Notes under the pieces: generated by a model
What the model saw: the letters and a program-made list of their open reading frames with translations, nothing else
Told to the model about the DNA's origin: nothing
The model's database searches: none
In this document: positions 36,701-49,248 of the stretch, piece by piece
How the letters are laid out: each line of letters opens with the position of its first letter
How positions within the stretch are numbered: position 1 is the first letter of the stretch
Origin: Eremomyces bilateralis CBS 781.70
Lineage: Eukaryota
Assembly (NCBI GenBank): GCA_010015585.1
Contig: ML975150.1
Reading direction: 5' to 3' (one strand)
Length of the DNA stretch: 64,000 nucleotides
Made by a program: the position numbers and the translations under genes

Positions 36701-37092
36701 CCAGTCTTCTGTAGTTCCAAGAGCATACCGCCACCCTAGGGAACGATTTTCTGGGTGTGTGAGATGATAGTCCTAATTAATCATTATCCATTCGGGACCG
36801 TTTACTCTTGCCCACTGACTGGTTGAGCCGCAAAAAGGTCTCTGAAGCTGACGAATTTGCCTTGTCTGGATATCTCCAGGAACGGGTCGCTCGGATCCTC
36901 CACCTCTCTGGTTGCGCCGAGCCCCTCATTCTCCGACGTCAAACCTGCAGTTCGGTTCTCTCGGTTCTTGTAGCCAACATGGTGATTGTGTCCATGCAGA
37001 ATGGCCCAGTCAGGCTCGCAGAAGATATCCTCCCAGGACGATCCGGGATGATCTCCGACTACCACATTCCAGGATGCACTTGGCGTCGCCAT
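33761..37092 (-). CDS. Eukaryotic assimilatory nitrate reductase (Moco + cytochrome b5 + FAD/NAD(P)H domains) with N-terminal extension
   Basis: RLTGKHPLNAEP, HYVRNHGAVP, LACDGNRRRE (Moco Cys), GFNWG, b5 HPGG...AIH, RSYTP, GGSGITP, CGPPAM; five exons joined by canonical introns. Confidence 0.92.
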
Positions 37093-37203
37093 CTTTGCAG
37101 AACGAAGGGAAGAAGTTGATGCCTACCGGTAGCTACCACATTCGCATCCAAAAGTTCAACGATGTAGGTTACATATTTCTAGCGAGAAAGGTCGGTCAGT
37201 ATT

Positions 37204-37212
37204 TCCGCGGAG
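37204..37212. promoter_or_regulatory. NirA/NIT4 nitrate-response element
   Basis: TCCGCGGAG contains the NIT4 palindrome TCCGCGGA and (minus strand) the NirA consensus CTCCGHGG, 112 bp upstream of the nitrate reductase ATG. Confidence 0.7.
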
Positions 37213-37459
37213 CAATTACTATAACTAAGCTTGATTTAGTTCAACTAGTTATATGGAGTTACATCATGATACATGCGGCTGGCATTGCTGCGATCAGCCC
37301 CTGACGCCACTGGAAGGACCAGTGCGAATGATTGGCTAAAAATATCAGGATTATGTGAGCCCACGTGACCAACCACGTGCAGCAATCTTTAACCTTCATG
37401 ATCACCAGTTGCCCGAGAAAAGATATTGGCAAGATCATCCACAGTCACCTCCATCAAAG

Positions 37460-38029
37460 ATGAGCGTTCTTGCAATCGGTATCGGCGTTGCGGCTGCCGC
37501 CTTCTTCGTAAGTAACTCCTCCTATCCTCATCCGCATAGAATGCAATCGCCTTTGTGTTCCCCCTCTCCAGAATCAAGGGACATCCGGGCTGGTCATCAG
37601 TCGCATGTTACCCACGCACGTTGAAACCTCTACTGACGCTTTTGCAAAGGGCCGCGCTGGCCTCGTCGCTCTTCGTCGCTCCCGAGGCGGCATGAGCGCT
37701 CTCGGTCGCGCGTATTACAAAGGCGGCTTCGAGTCCAAGATGAACCGACGGGAGGCGGCGCTGATCCTCGAGATTTCGTACGTATTCCCCACCTTCCCAC
37801 TTCAGCATATCCCTCCTTTCACGAATTAATCATCGTCCAATGTCCAAGCATGCAATGGGGAACACGAGGCTAACCAGTTGCGCACCCCAACAGAGAACGC
37901 GGCGCCACCAAAGATCAGATCCGCAAGCGCCACCGAGCGCTGATGTTGCTCAACCACCCCGATCGTGGCGGAAGCCCGTACCTGGCGACGAAGGTCAACG
38001 AGGCGAAGGAATTTCTGGATAAAAGCTAG
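37460..38029 (+). CDS. PAM18: Mitochondrial import motor J-protein Pam18/Tim14 (3 exons)
   Basis: TM segment, [44 protein letters not shown]. Confidence 0.95.
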
Positions 38030-38468
38030 AGAGGGGACACGCGGAGGCGACCGGTTGTACGATACCTTGCTGCATTCCTGCATATAGCGATGGCGTTTGT
38101 TTTCGAGATGATAGGTCTTATATTTGGGCGGGATCGTCTGATGTAGAGGGAATCGCCACTTTGATTGGGAGTAGATGTACAACGTGGTACGATAGAGGAA
38201 ATGATGCCAAATAAATCGAATTGTGGACTCGCACATATAAATGGACAGCCTATGAATACACGCAATTAACCTCAGGCCGTTAGCAGAGCTGAACACGCTT
38301 TTACAACCAAGCAGGAAAGCCTGATACAAGATGAGAGCGGCATGTTCCATATCCGGACCTATATCTGTCGTTCCAAAACACCCCCATCGGCCATATCATG
38401 ATAGATCTCTATATCCACATCACCGCACTCCTTCCTGTTATAACAACCAATCTCGCTATCCCATCCCA

Positions 38469-41400
38469 CTATTTTACATCCCCATCCCCATCCTGTCCTC
38501 CACCCTCACCCTGCACACCCCCTATTCCCATCCCTTGCCCCACATCCCCATACCCCTGCGTCAAATCCGCCCAATCCCACTCCAACGTCATCGGCATCTG
38601 CCACAAATCCTGCGGCACGAACGGATACTGGAAACTGTTCCCCATATCCGCCGCAAGCCCGTCCGCCCCGGCAAACACCCCTCCACCCGCCCCGCCGCCG
38701 CTGAACGCCCCCGACGTCGGCCCCTGGCCCCCACCAGGCGACCGCGCCACCGACGCCATCCCTAACGTGTTGCGCCCGATGCCATGGTGTCCCGGGCTAC
38801 CCCGACTACCATTCGGCTGCGGAGAGGGGCGCAACCCGCTGGGTCTGGGGGTTACTGGGAGGAGTGGATTTCCCGGGGCCGGAGACGAGAAGGCGGAGAG
38901 GCCGGGCCACTGGTCGGCGCCGGTGACGCTGCTGGTGATAGCGGGGAGGGTGAAGTCCGAGGCGAACTCGGGGGGGCTGAAGACGTTGGGGATGTTGCCA
39001 GGCACGGACGGTTCGTTGTTGTTGGTGGGGAGGGAGCTGGAGAGGGGGCGGGAGTGCGGGCTGGCGGAGCGGGTGGCGGTGCCGCTGCCGGTGAGGCTGG
39101 GGGTGTGGGTGCTGGAGTTTTGATTCGTGGTGGCTCCGGTCCGCGAGGTGCTGTCCATACCATCAGGGTCTTGGGTGGCTTTGCGCTTGCGACTGCCGGC
39201 GCGGTCACGTTCGGCCTTTTCGATGACGACGTTGGAGATGCGTTCGAATTCGGCGCAGACGGAGAGCATGCGGCGGACGGAGGAGTTTTCTTCGTCGGAG
39301 CATAGAGCGCTGAGGAAGGTGACGACGAGGTTCATGAGTTTGAGGTCGGAGCGGGCGCGAGTGTCTTGGGGGTTTTGGAGGACGTTGGCGAAGAGGGTGA
39401 CAAGGGCGGAAACGGGGTAGTAGATAACAAGCCTGAGAGGTAATTAGATGGGATCCATAGGGGGAAATGAGATATGACATACCAGACGCAGGCACAATCA
39501 CCGTGCGGGATGTACTTGATGAGATGAATGCTTGCTCGAGCAGCACTCACGCATAGTGCAGCGGAGCTGAAGACTCTCGGGTTGAGCGGACGCGCATTCA
39601 AGCCTTGGATGGCATAATTGCTTAGTCTGCTCGTCCAATACCCATGATGTATGCTCATCCGATGAATCGTGGTTAGACAATTATAGTACGCAAAATGCAA
39701 GACCACAACGTGGAGTATTAACGGCGTATGCGATGCGCGGATTTCATGTTCGGGTCGGAAATCGATCGGAATGCCGTCTTTCCACTCTTCCAATTCTCGG
39801 TCCAGCTCGCCAATCGTGTTCAAGAGCTCTCCGTCGGACTGCTTCGTGGCTTTGACGGAGTAGAGATTCTTGTACACTTTGGACGCAATGGCCGCAAAGG
39901 TACACATTAGGCGGAATAGATTAATCTTGCCTTTCCCGTCGGCAAGGGGAATGTTTCCGACGTTGTCTGGCGGGTCTTCTGATGGAAGTTCGACGTTCAT
40001 GTCGTCATCGTCCTGAATAGGAGGCCGTCCGGATCGTAAGCAGATACTAGCCCGAGTCAGCAACCATACGTATAAATTCATCGCCATACATACTCTCGAT
40101 CGAGCATATAGCCAATCCAAAATACACGTTTTCGTTGCTCAATTTCGTCTCGGTTTAGACCGAAGCCTGATCCCCGCTTGTGTAATCCGATGCTGTGGGA
40201 GAGCCGAATAGCAGCAGCGACGAGGAAGAACGAAGGCTGAGGATTCGGTGTGCCTTGCAAGAACAGGGCCTAAAGGTGTTAACGAGCCTATCCATGCATT
40301 TGAGTACGGCTTTCAACAACTCACCATTCCGAGCAGCGCTTGGATGCTCAGCAAGTCCGTATTCCGCATCGTCAACTCCGTTTGAACCGCCAACGCATTC
40401 TTCAAATACCCCCACGCCTTCTGATCTTCTTCCTGCGGGACAAGATTGCTCACGACGCGTAACCGGTGACCAATAGCCAAGGCGATATTCAAACTCGCCC
40501 ACCAACCGCTTCCCTCATACGGTTCCCGGGAATAATGCTTGTCGACCAAATGCATGAAGGTCGGTTCATGGAAGAGGGGGAACATGCAGTTGAAGTTCTC
40601 GAAATAATCCTTGAGGAGCGAGAGCGCTTCGTTTTTGGACGGCAGAGGCCTGAAGACGCGCCGTTGGAAGATGTCTCGGAAGACGTCGGATTTCCAGTGG
40701 ATCCATTTGTTGTCGTCGATGGCAGCGTTGGTGATCATGTCTTGGAAGGAGTGGTCGCCCGTCTTCTCGTTTACCCACTGGATCCCTTTGGGTGAGAATA
40801 TTGAAAAGCCAGAAGAGGAGCCTAGTTGAGTCAGCGGCCCGGCATTGGAACCGTCTGGTTTATCAAGGACTGGGAGTTCGTACCAATATATCGCGTTTCG
40901 CCGCAATTGTTCGTGACCAAAGAGCACATCATGTCCGATAGTGCCTCTACCTCTTCTTCTCTACTTCGCTGTGGTTCGGGCGAAGTGGTATTGCCACTAC
41001 CCGGAGAGCTAATATGCTGACTCGTGGCATCGGTGCCATTCTCTAATCTGTCAGTCGTGCTTGTTTGATCTCCCTGTGCGGATGCGCTCTGCTCCCGTCT
41101 CTGCTGCGCCTTTTCGGAAAGACGCTTCTCCAGCGTTCCCAGGTCGGTCCTCCCGTCATCATCGTCGGATAGTAGTCCCGAGAGTCGAAGAAGTGATTCC
41201 ATACGTCCCAATCGGTTTTCGAGGCCTTCGATGTATTTCGCGCTAGAAGAATGTCAACCCAGGCCCATCCTTCGACACGTGCGACTTGTTCATACCCTTT
41301 GGGGGGATTTCTCTTCTTCTCCACTTGTGTGAAGATGCATTCGGTCTTGTAGTTCTGGCAATGAGTACAAGCCGGCATCCTTCCGTCGCACTTGATTTTC

Positions 41401-41730
41401 TTCTTCCGACACATGTCGCACGCCTATGATAGGGAATGTCAGCCATCCCCGCTCCGATTCACGCAGGATATACCCGGAGCAAGATAATAGAAGGAAAATT
41501 CAACCTACCCTCGCTATCCTTCTCCTTTTCGCATCGGGATGTTCCGTACCATCATCGCCGCCCAATACCATATCGTCGGCGAGGAAATGCTGGGGGAGGT
41601 TTGGCGCGATCGGACTGCCATCCGAGAACGAGCCAAACATCCGTCCTGGCGGGTTCACAAGCTGCGGTGGGGCAGCGCGAGGGTCGAAGTAATTGATCCC
41701 ATTCGCGGGGTCGGTGTTGGTTATGTTCAT
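38469..41730 (-). CDS. atrR: Zn2Cys6 transcription factor, AtrR (ABC-transporter/sterol regulator) orthologue
   Basis: [23 protein letters not shown]...[39 protein letters not shown], fungal TF middle domain, C-terminal [20 protein letters not shown], as recalled for Aspergillus AtrR. Confidence 0.88.
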
Positions 41731-44344
41731 GTTTGCGTTCTCGAATCAACGTCACCGAATATCGTCTTATTGGCTCCGGGAATTCATTAATAGCTCGCAA
41801 TCGACGGTCGTACCGCGGGCTCGAAGGGTGATGGTCCTGGGATAACGAGAGTCGGACGTTCTTTCTGGTTTCGCCGCTTGCGCTATACTATTCGGTAGTA
41901 ATATGGAACAGGATTATGATGGCGGAAAAAGACGGGTTTGGCCGCAACTATGATTAAGACTTCGATCGCAGCGCATCTAGTAACATGCGAAGACTCCGAA
42001 GCCTACAATGCTATTTAGAAGAAGATTTGGACTGCTGGCACAAAGTCACAGCGGGTGGGTTGAGGCGGGACCGGCGATTCGTCGAGAGGCGCAAAGGAGA
42101 CACGTCCGTTTACATGGAATTCGACGAAGGTGGCAGGGCTAGACAAATAATGTGACCCAAGTGTCCACTGCGCAAATCAGATGCGGTGTACGAATTTGAA
42201 TCTTTGGTCCGAAAGTCGTGGTGGGGGAGAGGGGAGAGGGGATAGAAGCGGTCGTAGGTGTGAAACGTTACAAACTCGGAAGTAGCGCCTATTTCAGAAA
42301 TGATGCCGTCTCGGGTTCGTGTCATAGGCAAGGTTCTGGTATCTGATATTAGAGCCCCCTCGGATTGAATCGAAGCCTTTGGAATCGTATTCTAGAGGCG
42401 GCGGAGTTGGGGAAGAAACTTGGGATGGAGCGAAAGGTTGAATTGCGGTTCGGACTTCAGAGCGGCCCCACGTGCAATAAGGAACGATATGCGGAGAAAA
42501 AAGGAGTTGAAGGGCGACGACATGCAAGTTTAGCGGGTTAACGAGTTGGACAGCCGTGGACGGTTGAGCCGAGTCAGGGCTGGTGTCGATCCGGGGATGT
42601 AACTAGAATCAAGGAATCCGGTTGCATCAGGTACCAATGCCATATCTGATATAGTAGTGTAATCCAGGCGTGTCCAATCGTCTATGTAAAGTATGTACAG
42701 AGTAAGTAGGGGAGATACTCTCATTTCTCTCCACCTGCCATCGGCCGGCCCTGTCCATGAAGCGTGCCGAGTGACCTACCCTTTCTAGATCTCCCACTAT
42801 CTGGCCTTGCCCTACAGCGGAGGGTCGGGGGTGAAGGGTTTTCGAAATCGGTTTTCCTGGATCCTAATTACTGGGGAGTGGGGCAGTCCTCCAGTCATAA
42901 CTCCGTCCTTACTCCTGACCCCTTACTCCTTACCGTAGATGGAGTTACTGAGGGCGGACGAAAAAAGGGCTAGTGCTGGATCCAGTCGATAGTCGATACC
43001 CGATAATAAGCCTATCCTTTAAAGTGACTCTGAGACTGAAGAGCCTGAACCATTACAAAGTGGCTGCTGGATCCTGAGCGAGTAAGCGCTGCGCCTTCCT
43101 CGATTACGCCATCAGGCTGTCCTGACTCCTGGTGGTATCAGATTGCGATCTGGGCGTTGCATGGCGTCAAGGTGTTCAAGACATGCCCTCCCGCTAGCCA
43201 TAATCCATATCAAGGAACCCCCCTCTAAAACTCAAATGTTCAATACCTCGACGCAAAGATGCGAGCCTGTTTAACGGGAGTCCTTTCTTTCTATTCTGAT
43301 TGGCTTCATTTCGCAATCACGGTTTGGCTGTCGGGATGCAGACCTCGGAGGAGACATGGAGTCATGAGCTAGAGAGTAAGAGGGCGTTGTCAAGGTGCGA
43401 ACTGCAGAGTGCCCCATTTGGCCATTGTGGATAGAATCGGGTCCTCGTGGCTTACGTTCCTTGCAAGCTTCCAAGTCCTTGCAGGAGGGGAGGTCAGACG
43501 TGCATCCGCTCCCCGCAGCTTCCGATTTCCGAACAATTGGATCCTTCGGCTCGGCAATAAAATGAGGATGCTTCATGTGCTTGCCGAAGTGTAGCGCATC
43601 ATAGATTTGATTCGAAAGCCATATGGAGGAGTCCACAATATCTATCTTCAATGTAATCCAAAGTCCCATGATAGCAGATGTAAGGCCATTAATCTTTTTA
43701 TATTCACGTCCTCCACACGTCCGGACCAGCCATAAAGCTCGACGTAAGCTTTCATGAGACATTCGACAGGCTTCCCTCGTCAGGTCCGCCCCCTGATATG
43801 CCACCCTGTTGGTTCGTCGGACCACCCATCACCACCACCCATCACCACCACCCCTTCTGCCCGCAGCTACACCCATCTGTGCACTTCGGATCCCTTACTC
43901 CGGAATTCTCTGATAATCATCAAGCCTTCGCCCGTCACATTTAAATGAGACGCATAATGTAGAATCAGAATTTGGAGTCATCTCCCTGTTCGTTAATTTT
44001 TCTTTGTAGAAACTAGAGAACAGCAATATCTGGGTAGTGACGCAGTCTGAGGAAATCAGGGAAATGGGAATGATTCCCACTCCGCACAGACTTCGCCCCC
44101 ATGACCCAGGTAACCACGTTCCTCGTCTCGACAGTATTTAGCGAAATTGCTATTGTTGACAGTTGACACCCATGGGAATTACTGAATTACACGATTATTC
44201 CCGAGAAATTCTGATACCAACGACTAAGTCCATCTCACCAAGAAACATCGTGTGTATTCAGCCTTACCGAACAAGCCCCAACTATACTCCAGTTACAATC
44301 CCTGGCGCATCATGTTCGAAGATACTAGAACCACTCCACAGCCC

Positions 44345-45749
44345 ATGAAGGTGGTGGACATCCGGAAACACCCCGAATATTCGCATGTCTTATGGCCCCT
44401 GAAGCCGTCGCAGGAGGGAAAGATTGCGGTAGCTAAGGGGAGGGGAGGACCGTTTAATATTGCCTATGAGGTACATGGAAATGGTTCGAAGCGGTTGGTG
44501 GTACGTCATGCATTGCAGTATTTCATATACATAGTGCTTTGCCTTGAAGTCACATAAACACTCCTATACTATGTCTCCTTTTCTGCAATCGTTCTAAGCT
44601 TTGGCGACGTTTATAAGTCTTTTATGATTGTCACACTTTCGGAAACAGCTCCTCCCTTGGGCCTTGGTAACTGTTTTGGGTCTATGTCACATATCAAGTC
44701 GACCAATATGACACCTTGGTTCTAAACACCCAACACAAGTCGAACAACATCACTCACCATGACTTCACCAGTGGATAATGGGCCTCGGTGGTATCATGCA
44801 GCAATGGCAACGTCAAACCAAAGACTTCGCCCACCGACCCGACTCCCCATATTCCTCTCTCATCTTCGACAACCGTGGCGTCGGCCAGTCTGACAAGCCA
44901 TACATGCGTTACTCGACCACCGAAATGGCGCAGGACATAGTGGAGCTCCTCGACCACGTCGGATGGACGCAGTCCCGCGAACTGCACGTCATCGGGATCA
45001 GCCTCGGCGGCATGATCGCGCAGGAACTCGGCCTCCTCATCCCCTCCCGCATCGCCTCCCTCTCCCTCATCTCCACCGCCCCCCAACTCGTTCGCACCCT
45101 CGGCTTCTTCGAAAACATCCTCAACCGCATCAACCTCTTCATCCCCCGCTCCCTCGACGTCCAACTCGCCACCATCAAACGCAACTGCTACACCGCCGCC
45201 TTCCTCGACGCCCCCGACGAGCTCGCCGCCGAATCCGCCGTCCAATCCTTCCCTACCAACGGCGACCGCTTCGCCGCCCTCGAGATCCAGAAGCGCTCCG
45301 ACCTCCAGTCCTTCCGCTTCCAGGGCTTCGCCGCGCAGGCCATGGCGGCGGGATGGCATCATAAGACGGGGTCGCAGCTCGCGGCGCTGGGGGACCGGGT
45401 CGGGCGGAAGCGGATCATGGTGGTGCACGGGACGGGGGATCGGATGGTGCCGTTCGTGCATGGGCCGATGCTCGCGAGGGGGTTGGGGTTGGTGGAGGAG
45501 GTGGAGCACGGGGAGGGGGTGGAGGCGGGGGTGGTGAGGGATGTGAAGGGGGGGAGTGGTGTGTTTCGGGATGGGGATGGGGAGTTTCGACCGAGTGGGG
45601 ATGGGGCGGCGAGGGGGAGGGAGGGAGTGGTGAGGTTCGTGGAGGGACAGGGGCATGTCATTCCGATTGAGTGGAGGGGGAGGTTTAATGAGTGGGTGGA
45701 GGAGATGGTGGCGAGGGGGGAGGAGTGTAATCGGGAGGAGGGCGTGTAG
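44345..45749 (+). CDS. Alpha/beta hydrolase (2 exons; possible alternative ATG at 44312)
   Basis: IAYEVHGNG..RLV|WIMGLG, FDNRGVGQSDKP, nucleophile motif GISLGG, VVHGTGDRMV, GH near the C-terminus; intron 44501-44771. Confidence 0.9.
44590..44694 (+). ncRNA. Candidate intronic structured RNA (possible H/ACA-like snoRNA)
   Basis: Inside a 271-nt intron; GACGT/ATGTC closing stem followed by ACA; two segments antisense to an 18S rRNA stretch (see findings). No clean H box found. Confidence 0.45.
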
Positions 45750-46899
45750 GTCGACTCAATGAGGAGTTGATATTACGAACGGCCGCACATATCGGTCTAG
45801 ATTGTATGGCAGATATTATATCATCATTGAGCACGTTTTTCCATGGTTTGGGACGGATGCGCCCTGGATTGTTGAAGCAGATCGGCCTCCTATGGCTTGC
45901 TGGCGGGCACGAGTCCGGTGCACTTCAGGTCATCGATTGTACCTACTATGGGCTCTAAAGGGTTGAACTAGGATTGAATCATTCATATCAGTAGAGGAGG
46001 CGGGAGCTATAGACAGAACTGACTTGAACAATAGGGATCTAGAACAATATGCATAAAGCATTTGGGGCTCGAAGTATTCGCGAGCAAGACTTGAACTATG
46101 GAAACTGAAAGCATGCATGTTCAGTGATGGTACGTCCGGACTCTGGAATGGTATTATCGCTTAAATATCCACCTTACCTTCATATTATTAACGACTGATT
46201 ATCATTTGACCTCTATTTCCTAATTAAGCACAGTTGAAAGAATGCAACACCTCCCAAGTCTGGGTCATTGAAATCCTCCTTCCAGTCGCACCGGTATGCG
46301 GCGGGGTCGTGTGCCTCATCTTGCTCGCAGTACAAATAAAAATGGATTGGTTTTTGTCTGGTGATCGCAAACCGGAAACTACATCGAGCAGTTGTCCTCG
46401 GGATATGTACTATCTATACAGTAAACTCCTGCGCGGTAATCTCCGCCACGGTGTCGACTGTCAGTGCTTCGGCTTTGCTCACTCCGACTACCGTAACAGT
46501 GTTGTCAACTGCGAGTTATGGACGACGCAACTGACTCTAAGTTCGAAAATGGACGAATCTTCCTCCGCCTCATCGACGGTGACGGTATAGAGGCCATAGG
46601 TCGTCAGCGGTAGGAGGTGTTGAAGCCGTGCCTTCCACATTGGTATAACCCTACTTGGTACCTCTTTCAACTGCCTAATATGTGTATTGGTATGGTATAA
46701 ACCTACAAGGGAGGATTCATAATTGCCCTCCGAATTATTCTTTTTTGGTGGGTTCAATGTTTGGATTGGAATTGATTCCAAGTTGAAGTCCTAAGACAGC
46801 TGCTGATTGTAGTTAGCTTACATACATATCTATGTCCAGCAGAAGACTAACACAGACAGACCTCACAAAGGTAAGATGTCTGAAAGGCGTGAAAAGGTA

Positions 46900-48289
46900 G
46901 TAACTACCGAAGGCTGAAAGGCCTTGGAATTCCCCTTCACTTCCCCTATCATATTCCTCACTGTTTTCAGTGCTTTGTTTTTGTCTCGCAAACCACCCCA
47001 ACTATTTCAAAGCAAGCAATATAATTATAATCATTTCAGAGTCGCTTTCAACCCAAACCGAGCATGTCAAGGGATTGGCGGATGCGTTGAGTAGCTGTGT
47101 TGTCTGCATCTGTAACGGCTTGAGACCTCGCACTCTTTGGTCGGAAGTTCTGGATGTCGTCAAAGAAATTCAGCCTACTCGATATCGACCTACTCATCAC
47201 TCTCGGGTTCGGCATCTTCGACAGATGCAGCGAAGATCGTGTCCTTGGTGCGTAATATCCCTACCGTGCTACATTGATCCGATCATCCCCATTTCGCAGG
47301 TTCCAGATCCGTGTACAAGCATATGCATGACATGTCTCAAACGGTCCCGCGCTGTGTAACCACAAGCTGATGCGCGCCCGGTTATCCACATTCTGGCTCT
47401 ATTCAGGCCCTCGCAAACAACGCGACAACGGTAGAGGACCTGTCACGTATGAACGCCAATTTAGACCCACGCGACATGGTGGTGCAGAAGGTGCCTATCA
47501 TCTCCGTCCCAACGTCGCTTTCCGGGGATGGGTATTAGGGGATATCTGGCGATACCGAGGACGCCACGAAGGCGAAATATCAGTTCAGGACCAGCCGTGG
47601 GCCAGAGTTGATCGTCCTGGACGCCGAAATGTGCCGGGCGACCCTGGACTGGGTGTGGTACAGTACCGCTGTCAGAGCACTTGATTATTGCGTGGAAACG
47701 ATTCTGTCTCCTGAGCGGACGGGGAAGGGTAGCGAGGCGGCGATGACAGGGCTGAGGCGGCTGGTACCCGCGTTGCTAAGGTGCAGGCATGCGAAAGACC
47801 CGCACCGGGAAGATCAAGCGAGGCATTAGTGTCAATTAAGCGTCATCGACGCTACTATGTATGGTAGCTGTAAGAGGACGCGTGCCGCTAGGTGGCAGCC
47901 ATGGGATTGGGCATCAATTAGGGCCATTTGGAGTTGGACATTGGGAGACGAGCTGCGTGTTGTTACCAGCGGTGTGCAAGTACAATGCACAAGGGAAAGA
48001 GCACGCAGAGAGGCAGCAGATCATTATGAAGGCGCTCGGGGATGATCCTGAGAGTGCAAAGGCTTTGAAGGAGCGGAGACTATAATAAGATCAATGTGAC
48101 ATGGGAGATGCCTTTGATACTATCATTACGGAGTTAGGAATGGTTAGGAAATTGGAAAATGTTGGTGTGGGAGGTGATAAACTTGATCAGCTTGCCGAAA
48201 ACAGCTGAAGAACTTGGTGTAAGACGAATCCAAGACCCCTTGTCGATAAGGAGCAGGTCCTGGAGATTTTACGGGCGGTTGCCGGATGA
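46900..48289 (+). pseudogene. Iron-containing alcohol dehydrogenase / maleylacetate-reductase-like pseudogene
   Basis: Fragments [82 protein letters not shown] lie in different frames with premature stops (e.g. TAG at 47827). Confidence 0.85.
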
Positions 48290-48367
48290 GCCAGTGGGGT
48301 CCTGGCAAGCAGTGTAATATCTGACTGTGGATGCTATGTACAGAAACTAGAAATCGAGATACATAGA

Positions 48368-49248
48368 TCAGTTTATGGCACAGCTGTAGGCTGTCGTAGT
48401 AAATACAGCGTTCTGTCCTCTGCGATGGAGTTAGCTGCAGACATGGACTATGCAGAGAAAGTACATACACGAATGGCTCGGTTCCTGCGCCTACAGATGT
48501 CAAGTATTGACCCGCGGGAAGACCATTATTTGACCGTAAATAGGTCAAAAACGCGTTCAAATCGCCACTAAAATTGGTGACGGGTCTCTCCGAAACGAAG
48601 CTGAAAACCTTCATCTGGTTATTCTGCCCCTGATGAAGCTTCCAGGCCGTCCCCGCAATATTGACGGATTTGGGCTGGCCATTGGAGATGGGCCCGGCAC
48701 CGCCGTATGATCCTACCCATATCATAATCTCGTACTCAGGATTTCCGGATGCCGTGGAAGAGCTGAATATATCGTAGGCGACATTTGCAACCATCCCAGA
48801 ACCAGTGTAGGACCATTTCCACGTTGATGGAATCGATTTGACATTCCTCAACTGGGGCTTCGGTCCGTCAACCACCGCATTGGGGTAGGACTTGACATTG
48901 TATTGTCTAAAATATATCAGCTCAATCGGCTTCCAGGATATATTCGATAACTTCACCCTCCAGACCAGCTCCAGGTGGTTCGCCATGCAATGGTATTCCC
49001 ACTCACGGAGTTAAGTGTGGTGCATTGCCTCCCTGTGCCGGCTGACATACCCCACATGTTCTATATGGCGTTAACAACATGGGAAGCATAGTTACTGGGA
49101 TACATGCATTGTAGAGAGTGTAGCCTGCAGTCTGTACGGAATCCCACTGCCCACACATGTCGGCCCGCTTTTGAACGGTTTTGGTGGGTGTGGCAAGTGA
49201 CAAGCCAACGAGAGCAAAAGCCATCGAAACAAGGGACAAAAGCTTCAT
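48368..49248 (-). CDS. Secreted GH12 endoglucanase/xyloglucanase (4 exons)
   Basis: Signal peptide, [35 protein letters not shown] and GTEPF (catalytic Glu pair). Confidence 0.93.
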
